A stretch of 63,977 bases of DNA, counting the filler, from an uncultured Acidimicrobiia bacterium (GTDB lineage: Bacteria > Actinomycetota > Acidimicrobiia > Spongiisociales > JAOTWH01): assembly GCA_964347285.1 (NCBI GenBank). It is 7 parts of 7 records of this genome, joined end to end, with 100 filler letters (N's around TTAATTAATTAA, not from the genome) between each part and the next. Parts side by side here need not be neighbours in the genome. Positions count along the whole stretch, not along the records: positions 1 to 10,759 come from CAYFYE010000087.1; positions 10,860 to 21,292 come from CAYFYE010000088.1; 5 more parts are not named here. The stretch is one strand, 5' to 3'. Below the pieces are notes generated by a model, which ran no database searches, had not been told where the DNA came from, and was given only the letters and a program-made list of their open reading frames with translations. Of the stretch, positions 10,035 through 19,928 are shown in pieces. Both the position numbers and the translations under genes were made by a program. How positions within the stretch are numbered: position 1 is the first letter of the stretch; every line of letters starts with the position of its first letter.

Positions 10035-10505
10035 ATGTCCGACGTCGTGTATCGCTCCGAGGTGAGGGTGGAGCGGGTCAGGGGTCCGGTGCGCAAGGCG
10101 TGGGTGCCCGGGCGCCAAAAGCCGGTCACCTTCGGCGTCCACGGCTCGATCGCCGAGCACTACGGCACCGACCTCGACGCCTTTCCCCCCGACACCACCA
10201 CCATCGACTACCTGGTGTCGGCCGCCGCCGGGTGACTGACCGGAACGTTTGGAGGCGCGCTGGAGGCGCGCGGCATCAAGGCAAGCGGCGGGACCCTCAC
10301 CTCCTCGGCGGTGGGCGAGGTGGAGCTGGACGGCAAGGTCCTGGTGGTGCGGCGCATCCACGTCACCTACCGGCTGTCCGGGATCCACGACGCCGACCGG
10401 CCCACCGTGGAACGGGTCCTCGGCTTCCACGCCGACTACTGCCCGGTGGCCCGTAGCATTCGCGATTCGATCGCCATCACCACCGCCGTGGAGTACCTGG
10501 AGTGA
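10035..10505 (+). CDS. OsmC/Ohr-family protein with in-frame TGA (candidate selenoprotein)
   Basis: ORFs 10035-10235 and 10311-10505 are in one frame, separated only by TGA 10233-10235: DYLVSAAAG-U-LTGTFGGALEARG...HADYCPVARSI; AGGAGG RBS. Confidence 0.85.
10248..10280 (+). promoter_or_regulatory. Candidate bacterial SECIS element of the OsmC gene
   Basis: GCGCGC(10255-60)-TGGAG-GCGCGC(10266-71) hairpin with a G-containing loop about 26 nt after the UGA; possible lower stem TTTGG/TCAAG. Confidence 0.6.
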
Positions 10506-10506
10506 G

Positions 10507-10759
10507 ATGAGCTCGGTCGTTCGACGCCGCCCCGCCCTCACCGCCCCGGTGGCCGCCCTCGACCGGACCGCCGCCCCCCTGGTGGCCGCCCTGGCCGTGC
10601 TCCTGCTCGCCTACAACAACCTGGTTCTCGCCCTCGAGGCGGCCCATCGGCTGTACGTCCCCCTCAACCTGGCCGCCACCGCCGCCCTGCTGTGGGCGGC
10701 CCGGCGCTCCGGCCTGGGGTGGTCCCACCTCGGCCTCGAGGGGGCCACCCGGCGCCGAG
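10507..10759 (+). CDS. Probable CPBP-family intramembrane protease, N-terminal part (contig end)
   Basis: Hydrophobic ...LYVPLNLAATAALLWAARRSGLGWSHLGL resembles actinobacterial CPBP N-termini; catalytic region absent. Confidence 0.5.
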
Positions 10760-10859
10760 NNNNNNNNNNNNNNNNNNNNNNNNNNNNNNNNNNNNNNNNN
10801 NNNTTAATTAATTAANNNNNNNNNNNNNNNNNNNNNNNNNNNNNNNNNNNNNNNNNNNN
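10760..10859. other. Artificial contig linker
   Basis: N run flanking TTAATTAATTAA (stops in all six frames). Confidence 0.98.
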
Positions 10860-11365
10860 CGCTGCATCAGCGGATCGAGACCGGCGCTCGGCTCGTCCAT
10901 GATCAGCACCTCCGGCCGGTTCATGAACGCCTGGATCACCCCGATCTTCTGGCGGTTTCCCGACGACAGGTCACCGACCTTCTTCGAGAGGTCGGCGTCG
11001 AGCCGGTCGGCCAGCTCGTCGACGTATCCCCACTCGACCCCGCCCCGCAAATTGGCGAAGTAGGTGAAGGTGTCCCGCCCGGTCAGGTTGGGGTACAGCG
11101 CCAAATCGCCCGGCACGTAGCCGATGTGGCGACGGATCTCCACGGAGTCTTCGTGGGAGTCCAGCCCGAGGATGGAGGCCCGACCCGCCGTGGGGCGGAT
11201 CTCATCGAGCACGGTCCGGATCGTCGTCGTCTTTCCGGCTCCGTTCGGGCCCAGAAATCCGAATACCTCGCCGGCGCGGACGTCGAGGTCGAGGTCCACG
11301 AGGGCGCGGACGTCGCCGTAGTGCTTGGTCAAGCCTTCGGTGTGAATAGCGATTCCGGTGGTCAT
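10860..11365 (-). CDS. ABC transporter ATP-binding protein (partial)
   Basis: GPNGAGKTT, LSSGNRQK, LIMDEP. Confidence 0.92.
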
Positions 11366-11688
11366 ACCTTCGTTCTAGTCCTTAGCGACGTGTCCGTCGC
11401 TCGGGCTGGGGGCGGCGGTGACCATGGCTCCGGCGATTACGTCATCTCGGAGGCGAGCTGGGGAAGCACAGTCGGGAGATCTACTGCGACGAGCTGGGAC
11501 ACAGCGCCACCGAACTCGAAGCGTGGAGGGGACTCGGGATCGTGTGACGCGGCCCGGGTGATGAGGCCGGTCGCCGCCGGACTCGGCCATCGCCGGCCCG
11601 CTGCCGCGCATCCCCCGGCGGGAATGTCGTCAATCCGCAGCTCGGGGAGAGATCAGGACCGAGACGCCCGAGACACGGAGGGACCCGG

Positions 11689-12714
11689 CTAATCCCAGTC
11701 GAGGAAGGCCGGCAGTCTTCCGGCCTCGCGCAGACTGCCCACGATGCCGAGGGGGAAGAAGAGGAGCACGGCGAGCAGGATCCCGCCGGTCACGACGATG
11801 TTGAGCTCGGTGGCACCGAACCGAACGATCGAGAACTCGTTGATGGCCACGATGAGCAGGGCGCCGATGATGGGCCCGGCCACGGTGGCCCGGCCCCCGA
11901 TGATGGCCATGAGCACCATCTGCGCGGCTACGCCGATGGCGAAGAAGATGGTGGGGCGCAGGTAGGAGAGCGAGTAGCCCCAGGTGGCACCGGCAGTCCC
12001 GATGAAGAATGCGCTCAAGCCGAACGCGACCACCTTGTACAGGCGGGTGTTGATCCCGGCAACCTCGGCTTTCGTCTCGTCCTGTGAGAGTGCCCGCAGC
12101 CCGAGGCCGAACTTGGAGTGGGCGACCCGGTAGGACAGGTAGACGGCCCCGAAGGCCGAGAACACCATGGCGTAGTAGAAGGGCACCTTCACCCACGTCA
12201 CCGAGAAAGGTGGCAACGGGAGGCTCATCCCGCTCGACTCGCCTACGAGCTCCCAGTTGTCGAAGAGGAGACCGACCACGAAGAGCATGGCGATCGTGGC
12301 GACGATGAACGTGGGTCCCTTGGCGCGAAGGGTGATGAGCCCTGCCACCAGCCCGGCCGCCAGCGCCGCCAGTCCGGCGAAGAACATGCTGATGAAGGGG
12401 GAGATGTCCCAATAGACCAGCGCCAGCCCGGCGACGTAGCCTCCGATGCCGTAGAACACGGTGTGGCCCAAGGAGATGTATCCGGCGTATCCCCCGATGA
12501 TGTTCCAGCTCGACGACAGCGCGATCCACATCAGTCCAACGGTGGCGAGCTGCATGATGTAGTTGTACGAACCGACCGCAGGTTGGATCGCCGGCAGGAG
12601 CAGCACGAACCCCACCACCACGACGAGGGTGATCCGGCGGATTGTTGATCGTCGGGCCTCCCGTTCGGCGAGCGGCTCTGTCGTGGTGTCCGCGGTGACC
12701 TCCACACTCGCCAT
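11689..12714 (-). CDS. Branched-chain amino acid ABC permease, LivM-like
   Basis: WNIIGGYAGYISLGH, SKFGLGLRAL, multiple TM segments. Confidence 0.9.
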   Translation of the reverse strand: MASVEVTADTTTEPLAEREARRSTIRRITLVVVVGFVLLLPAIQPAVGSYNYIMQLATVGLMWIALSSSWNIIGGYAGYISLGHTVFYGIGGYVAGLALVYWDISPFISMFFAGLAALAAGLVAGLITLRAKGPTFIVATIAMLFVVGLLFDNWELVGESSGMSLPLPPFSVTWVKVPFYYAMVFSAFGAVYLSYRVAHSKFGLGLRALSQDETKAEVAGINTRLYKVVAFGLSAFFIGTAGATWGYSLSYLRPTIFFAIGVAAQMVLMAIIGGRATVAGPIIGALLIVAINEFSIVRFGATELNIVVTGGILLAVLLFFPLGIVGSLREAGRLPAFLDWD

Positions 12715-13589
12715 CAGATCCTCAGCTCCTTCCCGAAGAGACCTTGGGGCCGCACCATGAGGATGAGGAACAGGGCCAGGTAGAACGTCATCGGTGACCA
12801 GTCCGGCCCGTATTGATCGGTGACGAAGGCGCTGGCGACCGCCAGCGTCACCGCGCCGATGACGGCTCCCTTGAGGCTGCCGAATCCGCCGAGAACGATC
12901 AATGCCAACAACAAGGCCACCCACTGCCAGTGGCGGGCGGGGAAGAACGGGAAGAGGTAGCTCATGAGCGAGCCGGAGGCCCCGGCCAGCGCCATGCCGA
13001 TCCCGAAGGAGATGGCCGAGATGCGCCGGACGTTGACGCCCACGATCTGGGCGGCGGTGCGGTTCTGCATGGTGGCCCGGACCGCGGTGCCCGTCCGGGT
13101 GAAACGCAGGAACAGCCAGAGTCCGACGAGGAGCGCCACGCTCACCCCCAGCGCCAGCAGCTGCCCGGTGGGGATGAAGAGGTCGCCGAGGACGATGGAG
13201 TCGGTTGCGTAGTCGGGCCGGGTGGAGCGGAAGATCCCGGTGAAGAAGTACCCGAGCAGGCCTTCGACCGCGAGAGCGATCCCAAAGGTCATCAGCACGG
13301 TCATCTCGACGTAGCGGGGACTCGCCTCGATCCTGGGGAAGAAGAGCAGGTAGGTTCCGATCCCCAGAAGGAACAACGCGGGCATCGTCACCGGGATCGA
13401 CAAGAGAGGGTCGAGGCCGAACAGGTCGAAGGCGAAGAAGGCGATGTAGGCGGCGAGGATGATGAACACGCCGTGGGCGAGATTGACGATGCGCATCACG
13501 CCGAACAACAGGGTGAGCCCCGAAGCCATCAGGGCGTACACCCCTCCCAGCAAGATGCCCAGAATCAGCACTTGGAGGAAATCGGTCAT
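12714..13589 (-). CDS. Branched-chain amino acid ABC permease, LivH-like
   Basis: GGVYALMASGLTLLFGVMRIVNLAHG, TRTGTAVRAT. Confidence 0.9.
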   Translation of the reverse strand: MTDFLQVLILGILLGGVYALMASGLTLLFGVMRIVNLAHGVFIILAAYIAFFAFDLFGLDPLLSIPVTMPALFLLGIGTYLLFFPRIEASPRYVEMTVLMTFGIALAVEGLLGYFFTGIFRSTRPDYATDSIVLGDLFIPTGQLLALGVSVALLVGLWLFLRFTRTGTAVRATMQNRTAAQIVGVNVRRISAISFGIGMALAGASGSLMSYLFPFFPARHWQWVALLLALIVLGGFGSLKGAVIGAVTLAVASAFVTDQYGPDWSPMTFYLALFLILMVRPQGLFGKELRI

Positions 13590-14323
13590 GGTTCGCTCCG
13601 GCTGGACAGCTGGGAGCCGAGATAGATCTCGCGAATGCGAGGATCGTCGAGGATTCTCGAGGCAGGTCCCTCGAAGCGCTTGGTGCCCAGATCGAGCACG
13701 ATGCCCCAGTCGACGGCCTGCAGGCCCCGCCATGCGTTCTGCTCGACGAGGATCACCGTGATCCCCAGGTCGGAGAACCCCTTGATCGTGGCGAAGATCT
13801 GGTCTGCCAGCATCGGCGCCAGTCCCAGGCTGGGCTCGTCGATCATCAGCACCTTGGGGTCGACCATCAGTGCCCGGCCCAGCACCAACATCTGCTGCTC
13901 CCCTCCGGAGAGGGTGCCGGCCATTTGACGGGACCTGTCCGAGAGGATGGGGAACATCTCGAAGACATGGGCCAGGCGTTCGGAGACGACCGACCGCTCC
14001 CTCACCAGAAAGGCGCCCATCGTCAGGTTCTCCCGCACCGTCATCTCAGGGAACAGGCTCTGTTCCTGGGGCACGAAGCAGATCCCGGAGGCCAACAGCT
14101 GGTCGGGGCGCATGCCGCTCACCCGGATGCCCTCGAAGCGGATCTCACCGGAGCGGGGCCGGAGGATCCCACATATCGCCTTGAGCAGCGTCGATTTCCC
14201 GGCTCCATTCGGTCCAACGATGCAATGGCTGCGGCCGGCCTCGATCTCCAGCTCCAGCCCTTTGAGGATGTCGGGACCGGCGCCGTAGCCGGCGGTGACG
14301 TTGTCGACCTCGAGCAGCGCCAT
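13586..14323 (-). CDS. ABC ATP-binding protein, LivF-like
   Basis: GPNGAGKST, LSGGEQQML, IDEPSLGLAP, LVEQN. Confidence 0.9.
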   Translation of the reverse strand: MALLEVDNVTAGYGAGPDILKGLELEIEAGRSHCIVGPNGAGKSTLLKAICGILRPRSGEIRFEGIRVSGMRPDQLLASGICFVPQEQSLFPEMTVRENLTMGAFLVRERSVVSERLAHVFEMFPILSDRSRQMAGTLSGGEQQMLVLGRALMVDPKVLMIDEPSLGLAPMLADQIFATIKGFSDLGITVILVEQNAWRGLQAVDWGIVLDLGTKRFEGPASRILDDPRIREIYLGSQLSSRSEP

Positions 14324-15060
14324 CAGGCTCTCCCCAGGTAGGCGTCGAGCACCGTGTCGTTCTCCTGGATGTCCGTCGGGGGACCGTCCACGAGCACCTC
14401 ACCGTGCGCCATCACGATGATCCAGTCGCTCAACTCCATGACCACGGGCATGTTGTGCTCGACCACGAGGAAGGTCATGCCGCTCTCGTTGAGCAGGCGA
14501 ATGCGACCGATGATCCGCTCCATCAGCGCCGGGTTGACTCCGCCGGCCGGCTCGTCCAGGAGCACGAGCTTCGGCTCCGACATGAGCACCGAGGCGAACT
14601 CGAGCAGCTTCTTCTGCCCGTAGGAGAGCTTCTTGGCGGGAAGTGAGGCCAATGTGGAGATGCCGACGAAGTCGAGCAGCTCCATCGCCCGATCCCGCTC
14701 CCGCTTCAGGATCTTGGACCCGAGCAGGCTTCTCACCCCGCCGGCAGGGGCGCTCACCACCATGTTCTCCAAGACGGTCATCTCGCCCAGGTCGCGGGTT
14801 ATCTGGAAGGTTCGGCTGATGCCGAGCCGGGTGAGCCGGTGCGGCAGTAGGCCGGTGACGTCCCTGCCCCGAAACCGAACCGTTCCCGAGTCCGGCTGCA
14901 GCACCCCGTTGATGATGTCGAAGGCGGTGGTCTTGCCTGCTCCGTTGGGACCGATGAGCGCGGTGATGGAGCCCACCTCCACGTTGAACGAGCACCGGTT
15001 CACCGCCTGCAGGCCCCCGAAGGCCTTGTTGAGGTCTCGCACCTCGAGCAGGGCCGTCAC
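14323..15060 (-). CDS. ABC ATP-binding protein, LivG-like
   Basis: FGGLQAV, GPNGAGKTT, LSYGQKK, LDEPAGG, VLDAYLG. Confidence 0.9.
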   Translation of the reverse strand: MTALLEVRDLNKAFGGLQAVNRCSFNVEVGSITALIGPNGAGKTTAFDIINGVLQPDSGTVRFRGRDVTGLLPHRLTRLGISRTFQITRDLGEMTVLENMVVSAPAGGVRSLLGSKILKRERDRAMELLDFVGISTLASLPAKKLSYGQKKLLEFASVLMSEPKLVLLDEPAGGVNPALMERIIGRIRLLNESGMTFLVVEHNMPVVMELSDWIIVMAHGEVLVDGPPTDIQENDTVLDAYLGRA

Positions 15061-15100
15061 CGCCTGGGTCGCCTCACGTCGGCCGCAAACCGGTAGGCGA

Positions 15101-15129
15101 GCGGGAGCCGGGCCGTGCCCGGCTCCCGC
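15101..15129. terminator. 13-bp GC-rich hairpin after the substrate-binding protein gene (partial terminator or mRNA stabiliser)
   Basis: GCGGGAGCCGGGC-CGT-GCCCGGCTCCCGC; no U-tract. Confidence 0.55.
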
Positions 15130-15139
15130 GTTGCCCTGC

Positions 15140-16516
15140 CTACCACTCCGGCTTCGGATAGATCATGTCAACGGTGCCGGGGAACTCGCCCACCGGGAAG
15201 ATGAACTCGAGGACGCCGTCCTGCCACTGGGTGAGCAGGTAGTTGCGGTCGAACGGCAGACCTCGCTCGTCCCAGGAGAAGTCCCCCATCACGGTCTTCA
15301 CCGGGTCGTCGGGCGTCCGCTCTCTCAGCCACTGGCTCATCGCGGCCTGGTCGGTCGACCCGGCGCCGCGTATCGCCTGTTCCATGCCCTGGCACACCGC
15401 AAACGGGATCGCCTCGTCCTCGTCCGGGGCCCGGCCGTGCACGGCGGTGAAGTCCTCGATGAACTCCTCGTTCGAGTATGGCTGGCCGCCCAGCTCCGCC
15501 GGGAAGTTGGCCGACTGGTGCCAAGCGGTGTGGATGATGATGCCGTCGGCGGCGCTTCCCAGGGTCTCCTGGAACTCGGACTGGGCGCCCTGGGACATGT
15601 AGAGCATCTTGGGGTTGTAGTCGACGGTCTGGAAGGCATCGACCAGCGAGATCGTCTCCTCGACCGACGCCGTCGAGGCAAACACGATGTCGGCCTCACT
15701 GTCCTTGATGGAGTTGGCAAGGCCGATCCAGTCGTTGAACTCACCCACCGGCCACTCGTCTTCGTACACCACCTCGATGCCTGCCTCCGCCAGGAAACCG
15801 GGCGCCAGCGAGATTTCCACGCCGGTGTCGGGAATCGTCACCGTCCCGCCGAGGAGACCGTTGCTGATGGCGAGGGCGAAGAAGTCGTCTGCCGCCACCA
15901 CCGCCGCCGTCGCCGGCGCATCATCTGGGGCGATGACACCCTGATCGGTGTAATAGGCGACCGCGTTCACGGGGGAGGAGCCGATGCCTTCGGCCGGGCC
16001 CTGCTGGAAGTAGAAGAGGTTCTCGAAACCCCGCTCCCAGATGCGCTGGGCACCACCGGAGGGGACCGGGTAGACCCAACCGTTGGCCTCGGCTACTGCC
16101 GAGGTGGGGAACGTGATGAGGCTCGAGAACGTGCCGAACAGCACGTCGGCGGCTCCGGCGCTGATGAAGCGCTCGTACTGGCTGACGGCCACCTCGGTGT
16201 CAGACCGGTTGTCCTCGACGAGCAGCTCCAGCGGCCGACCAAGGACACCCCCTCGCTCGTTGATCAAGTCGACACACAGCTGGTAGCCGTCCTGGTGCTT
16301 GATCGCCGGGACCGAGAACTCGCCGGTCAGCGGCAGCGAGGTGCCGATCACGATGGGCTCGCCTTCCGGTTCCGCTGCCGGCGCCTCGGTCTCGGCCGGT
16401 GCCTCCGTTTCGGCGGGCTCTTCCGCCGCCGTGGTGGTCGTCTCCGCAGTGTCGCCGCAGGCGGCGGCGACCAACATCAGCGCGAGGAGAAAAGTGAGTA
16501 GTGGTCGTCGGATCAT
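15140..16516 (-). CDS. ABC substrate-binding lipoprotein, Liv/PBP1 family
   Basis: Lipobox LVAAAC; IVIGTSLPLTG, INERGGVLGRPLEL; GAAGGAGG RBS. Confidence 0.9.
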   Translation of the reverse strand: MIRRPLLTFLLALMLVAAACGDTAETTTTAAEEPAETEAPAETEAPAAEPEGEPIVIGTSLPLTGEFSVPAIKHQDGYQLCVDLINERGGVLGRPLELLVEDNRSDTEVAVSQYERFISAGAADVLFGTFSSLITFPTSAVAEANGWVYPVPSGGAQRIWERGFENLFYFQQGPAEGIGSSPVNAVAYYTDQGVIAPDDAPATAAVVAADDFFALAISNGLLGGTVTIPDTGVEISLAPGFLAEAGIEVVYEDEWPVGEFNDWIGLANSIKDSEADIVFASTASVEETISLVDAFQTVDYNPKMLYMSQGAQSEFQETLGSAADGIIIHTAWHQSANFPAELGGQPYSNEEFIEDFTAVHGRAPDEDEAIPFAVCQGMEQAIRGAGSTDQAAMSQWLRERTPDDPVKTVMGDFSWDERGLPFDRNYLLTQWQDGVLEFIFPVGEFPGTVDMIYPKPEW

Positions 16517-16709
16517 GCGTGACCCTCCTTCGAGTCCGCACCCCAGGGGAGGTGCTTCGATACGGCAGGGGACTGCACCGTCTCCGCCCGCCCTTCGGAG
16601 GTTACTCGCCGGCGCTGTTGGTTGCAGCGCGCTGCCGGAGGGAACTTCCAGACCATGCCGGACGGGCGTGCTGGCAGCGACCGGGAGCCACCCCGGGGTC
16701 GGGTGACCC

Positions 16710-17942
16710 CTACTCGACGCCGGCGTACTGCGCCGCCGTTTCCGGGAACATCGCCCTGGCGATCTTGAAATTGTGGATGTCGGCCGTTCCGTCCATGTGG
16801 AGGAACATCGCCGCATCGCGGAAGTGCTTTTCGATCCCGGTATCGCGCATCACCCCGCTCCCGCCGTGGAGCTCCATGGCCTGGCGGCACACGTCGAAGA
16901 TGTTGTTCCCGGCGTACACCTTTGCCATCCACGTCAGGATGTTGGCGTCTTCGGACTCCGCATCGACGGCCCGGGCGGCGAGGCGGGTCATGGCCCGGAC
17001 CGCCTCGACCTTCGTGGCCATCTCGGCCAGCGCCTTGGCCACCGCCTGGTGTTTGATGAGCACCTTGCCACCCTGGACGAACTCCTGGACGTAGCGAGAG
17101 GTCTCCTCCAGGGCGGCGACGCCCACCCCCAGGTTCTTGGCAGCCTGCAGGATCTTCCCGGGCTGGAAGTACACGCCCGCCTTGCCGAGTGCCTCTCCCT
17201 CGACGAGCAGATGATCGGCGGGGATCCGGCAGTCGTCGAAGATGAGCTCCGCCTGGTTCATGAAGCGTGAGCCGAACTTCTCGTGGACGCGCCCGACGGT
17301 GAATCCGGGAGTACCCCGGGGAATCAGGAAGCTGCTCGTCCCATCCCGGATGCCCTTGGTCGGATCGGTGTTGGCGTAGATGACGTAGAGCTTGGCGTCG
17401 TATCCGTTCGTGATGAACTGCTTCTGTCCGTTGAGCACCCACTCGTCACCGTCTCGCTTGGCCTTGGTGTGCATTGCGGCCTCGGGGGCGTTGTAGGGAA
17501 GCCAGCGGTCGGAGGCGCCGCGAGGCTCGGTCAATGCATGGGCGAGGAGGAATCCTGAGTCCTCCACGATCCGGGGGAACCATTCGTCCTGGAGGTGCTC
17601 GGGAGCGCAGTTGCTCAACAACACAGAGACCTTCCAGATCTGAGCGAGGCTGTCGGTGAAGCCGGAGTCGCCGCGAGCCAGCTCTTCGGCGAGGATCGCA
17701 AAGGTCAGCGCCTGGTGCTCGACCTCGATGCCTCCGTATTGCTCGGGTACGCCGAGCGTGCGCAGCCCGAGGGCATCGACGGCTTCGAGGAGCTCGTAGG
17801 GCACCCGCTCCTCCGGTGGCGCCAGCCACTCCCGGTCGCGGTTGTCCTGCACCCAGGGGATGACGATCTCATTGGTGAACTGCCGGGCCGTCTGGGCCAG
17901 CAGGCGCTGCTCCTCGGTCAGCTCCAGGGTCGACATGCGCAT
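16710..17942 (-). CDS. Acyl-CoA dehydrogenase family protein
   Basis: ALTEPRGASD, LNGQKQFITNG, ELHGGSG, GTADIH. Confidence 0.92.
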   Translation of the reverse strand: MRMSTLELTEEQRLLAQTARQFTNEIVIPWVQDNRDREWLAPPEERVPYELLEAVDALGLRTLGVPEQYGGIEVEHQALTFAILAEELARGDSGFTDSLAQIWKVSVLLSNCAPEHLQDEWFPRIVEDSGFLLAHALTEPRGASDRWLPYNAPEAAMHTKAKRDGDEWVLNGQKQFITNGYDAKLYVIYANTDPTKGIRDGTSSFLIPRGTPGFTVGRVHEKFGSRFMNQAELIFDDCRIPADHLLVEGEALGKAGVYFQPGKILQAAKNLGVGVAALEETSRYVQEFVQGGKVLIKHQAVAKALAEMATKVEAVRAMTRLAARAVDAESEDANILTWMAKVYAGNNIFDVCRQAMELHGGSGVMRDTGIEKHFRDAAMFLHMDGTADIHNFKIARAMFPETAAQYAGVE

Positions 17943-18176
17943 GGCCACCTCCTCGACATACGTTCTGAGACTACGACCCGCGGTGCGCTCATGTGGGCGG
18001 AGGCACCCGTTGGCACTCGAGCGGCGGTGCGGCGTCCCGCGCCACCGGTCCGGTCGCCAGGGAGGGCTGGGCTACGTGAACGGCCGCCAGATCCGATAGG
18101 GGTTCTGGTAGCCCGGCTCGTTCGGCTCCTCGAGGTAGCCCTCGATCTCACTTCGGGAGAAGAGGGTCACCTGCGT

Positions 18177-18625
18177 ATGGCCTGGCTACGTCGCGGACTG
18201 TTGGGTCTGGCGGGGTTGCTCATTCTCATTCAGCTCGTTCCCTACGGCCGGGATCCACGAATCCACTCGTCGTGGTCGAGCGGTCGTGGGATGCCGCCCA
18301 GACCCGTGACCTGGCGGTGCGGGCTTGCTTCGATTGTCACAGCAACGAGACCGTGTGGCCGTGGTACTCGAACATCGCGCCCGTGTCTTGGGCGGTTCAG
18401 CGAGATGTCGACGGGGGACGGGACAAGTTGAACTTCTCGGAGTGGCATCTCGAGCATGAAGGAGACGAGGCGGCCGAGACCGTGCGTGACCGGTCGATGC
18501 CACCTCGGCAATACCTCTTCATGCACCCGGAGGCCCGGCTCAGTGACACCGAACTCGATGCGCTCGCCGCCGGTCTTGCTGCGACGCTCGGAGACCGCAA
18601 GCGAGATGGCGAGCGCGAAGAGTGA
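18177..18625 (+). pseudogene. Haem-binding domain (CxxCH) protein, frameshifted
   Basis: MAWLRRGLLGLAGLLILIQLVPYGRD changes frame near 18255 into NPLVVVERSWD...RACFDCHSNETVWPWYSNIAPVSW. Confidence 0.75.
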
Positions 18626-18924
18626 ACCGACTCCGGTCGGCTACCGGCCAGGTCGGCCGACACCGCGCATCGGATCACTCGGTGTGGCCCTGGTGATGCG
18701 CACGACCGGGTCGCTGCGCACGGTGTGGACCTAGGCTCGATTCCGGAAGGCGAGACGATGTACTCTGCGCTGTCGACGACTATTGGCGCCACGGGCACGG
18801 ATCCTTCATCGTGCCTCGACTCCCTTGAGCACGGCAGAGGCCGAAGGCCCTGAACCTGACCGGACAGCTCCAGAAAGGACCTGGCTTCGCCACAGGTTCT
18901 AGTTTTGGTACGGAGGAGGACCTG

Positions 18925-19389
18925 ATGGCCAACAAGACGCCCAAGACGCCGGCGAAGGTCGACGAGAAGGCCGGCGCGAAGCCGACCCTCCTCGCAGGCG
19001 GCAACCCGCAGATAGCGAAGGGCGATGGCGACGCCCCCGTGCAGGCCTACATCGAGGCCATGCCGGGATGGAAACGCGACGTCGGGCGCTACCTCGACAC
19101 GCTCATCGTGCACAACGTGCCCAACGTCCGCAAGGCCGTGAGGTGGAACTCACCCTTCTATGGCACCGAGGGCCGGGGCTGGTTCCTCAACTTCCATTGC
19201 CTCACGAAGTACGTCAAGGTGGCTTTCTTCAGCGGCACGTCGCTGCGTCCTGCCCCCCCCGTCGAGTCCAAGAACGAAGGTACGCGCTACTTCCATATCT
19301 ACGAGGACGACCAGCTCGACGAGGAGCTCTTGGCGCGTTGGATCAGGCAGGCATCTGAGCTGCCCGGCTGGGCCGGCTTCAGCCGGTGA
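18925..19389 (+). CDS. DUF1801 family protein
   Basis: GNPQIAKGDGDAPVQAYI, KAVRWNSPFYG, YVKVAFF; GGAGGAGG RBS. Confidence 0.85.
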   Translation: MANKTPKTPAKVDEKAGAKPTLLAGGNPQIAKGDGDAPVQAYIEAMPGWKRDVGRYLDTLIVHNVPNVRKAVRWNSPFYGTEGRGWFLNFHCLTKYVKVAFFSGTSLRPAPPVESKNEGTRYFHIYEDDQLDEELLARWIRQASELPGWAGFSR

Positions 19390-19565
19390 GCGGTCTGCCG
19401 GCGCGGCGCCAGCCTGCAAGATTCTGGCCGGGCCATGGATCGGCATCTTCAAGGTACCCCGATCGAAAACATGGCAGCGGATTGACGGGTGATGGCCCGT
19501 GACAACCGGTGGCCCACGCCGAGCCGCCGTTCATCCGATCGCGGAGCAGGAACTGGCACTATGAG

Positions 19566-19903
19566 GGCTTCGTCGGTGGGAAACACTGCTGGGGGCGACG
19601 GGTCTCGGCTCCGGTGATCGCCGCCTACATGCACAGCCGGCGTCGGCCCGGGGTCGGCTTCATCTTCGCGGCGACCGTGCCCTTCTGGGTGCTGGGAGTT
19701 GTGCAGGTCGTACCGATGACGGCGCTGGACGTCTACACCAGCGAACGTGTCGCCGCCGCCATCCTGGCCCGCGTTCCGTCGTGGTAGTGCTGGCGTTCGC
19801 CATGCGGGTGGGCACCCGGCTCTCACATTGTGCCTTCGAGATCACCGTCCTCGCCGTGCTGGGTGCCACCTCGGTGCGACTGCTGTGGTCGGTCTTACAG
19901 TGA
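19566..19903 (+). pseudogene. Degraded C-terminal half of a TauE/SafE sulfite-exporter-like gene
   Basis: Across frames: GFVGG...LLGATG...SAPVIAAYMHS...FIFAATVPFWVLGVVQV...RVGTRLS...FEITVLAVLGATSVRLLWSVLQ*. Confidence 0.5.
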
Positions 19904-19928
19904 GGACGAGAAGTAGGTCGGCCGGCAG

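Noticed and set aside
18725..18750. GGCTCGATTCC resembling a tRNA T-arm or att site
   Set aside because: No cloverleaf and no integrase in the window.
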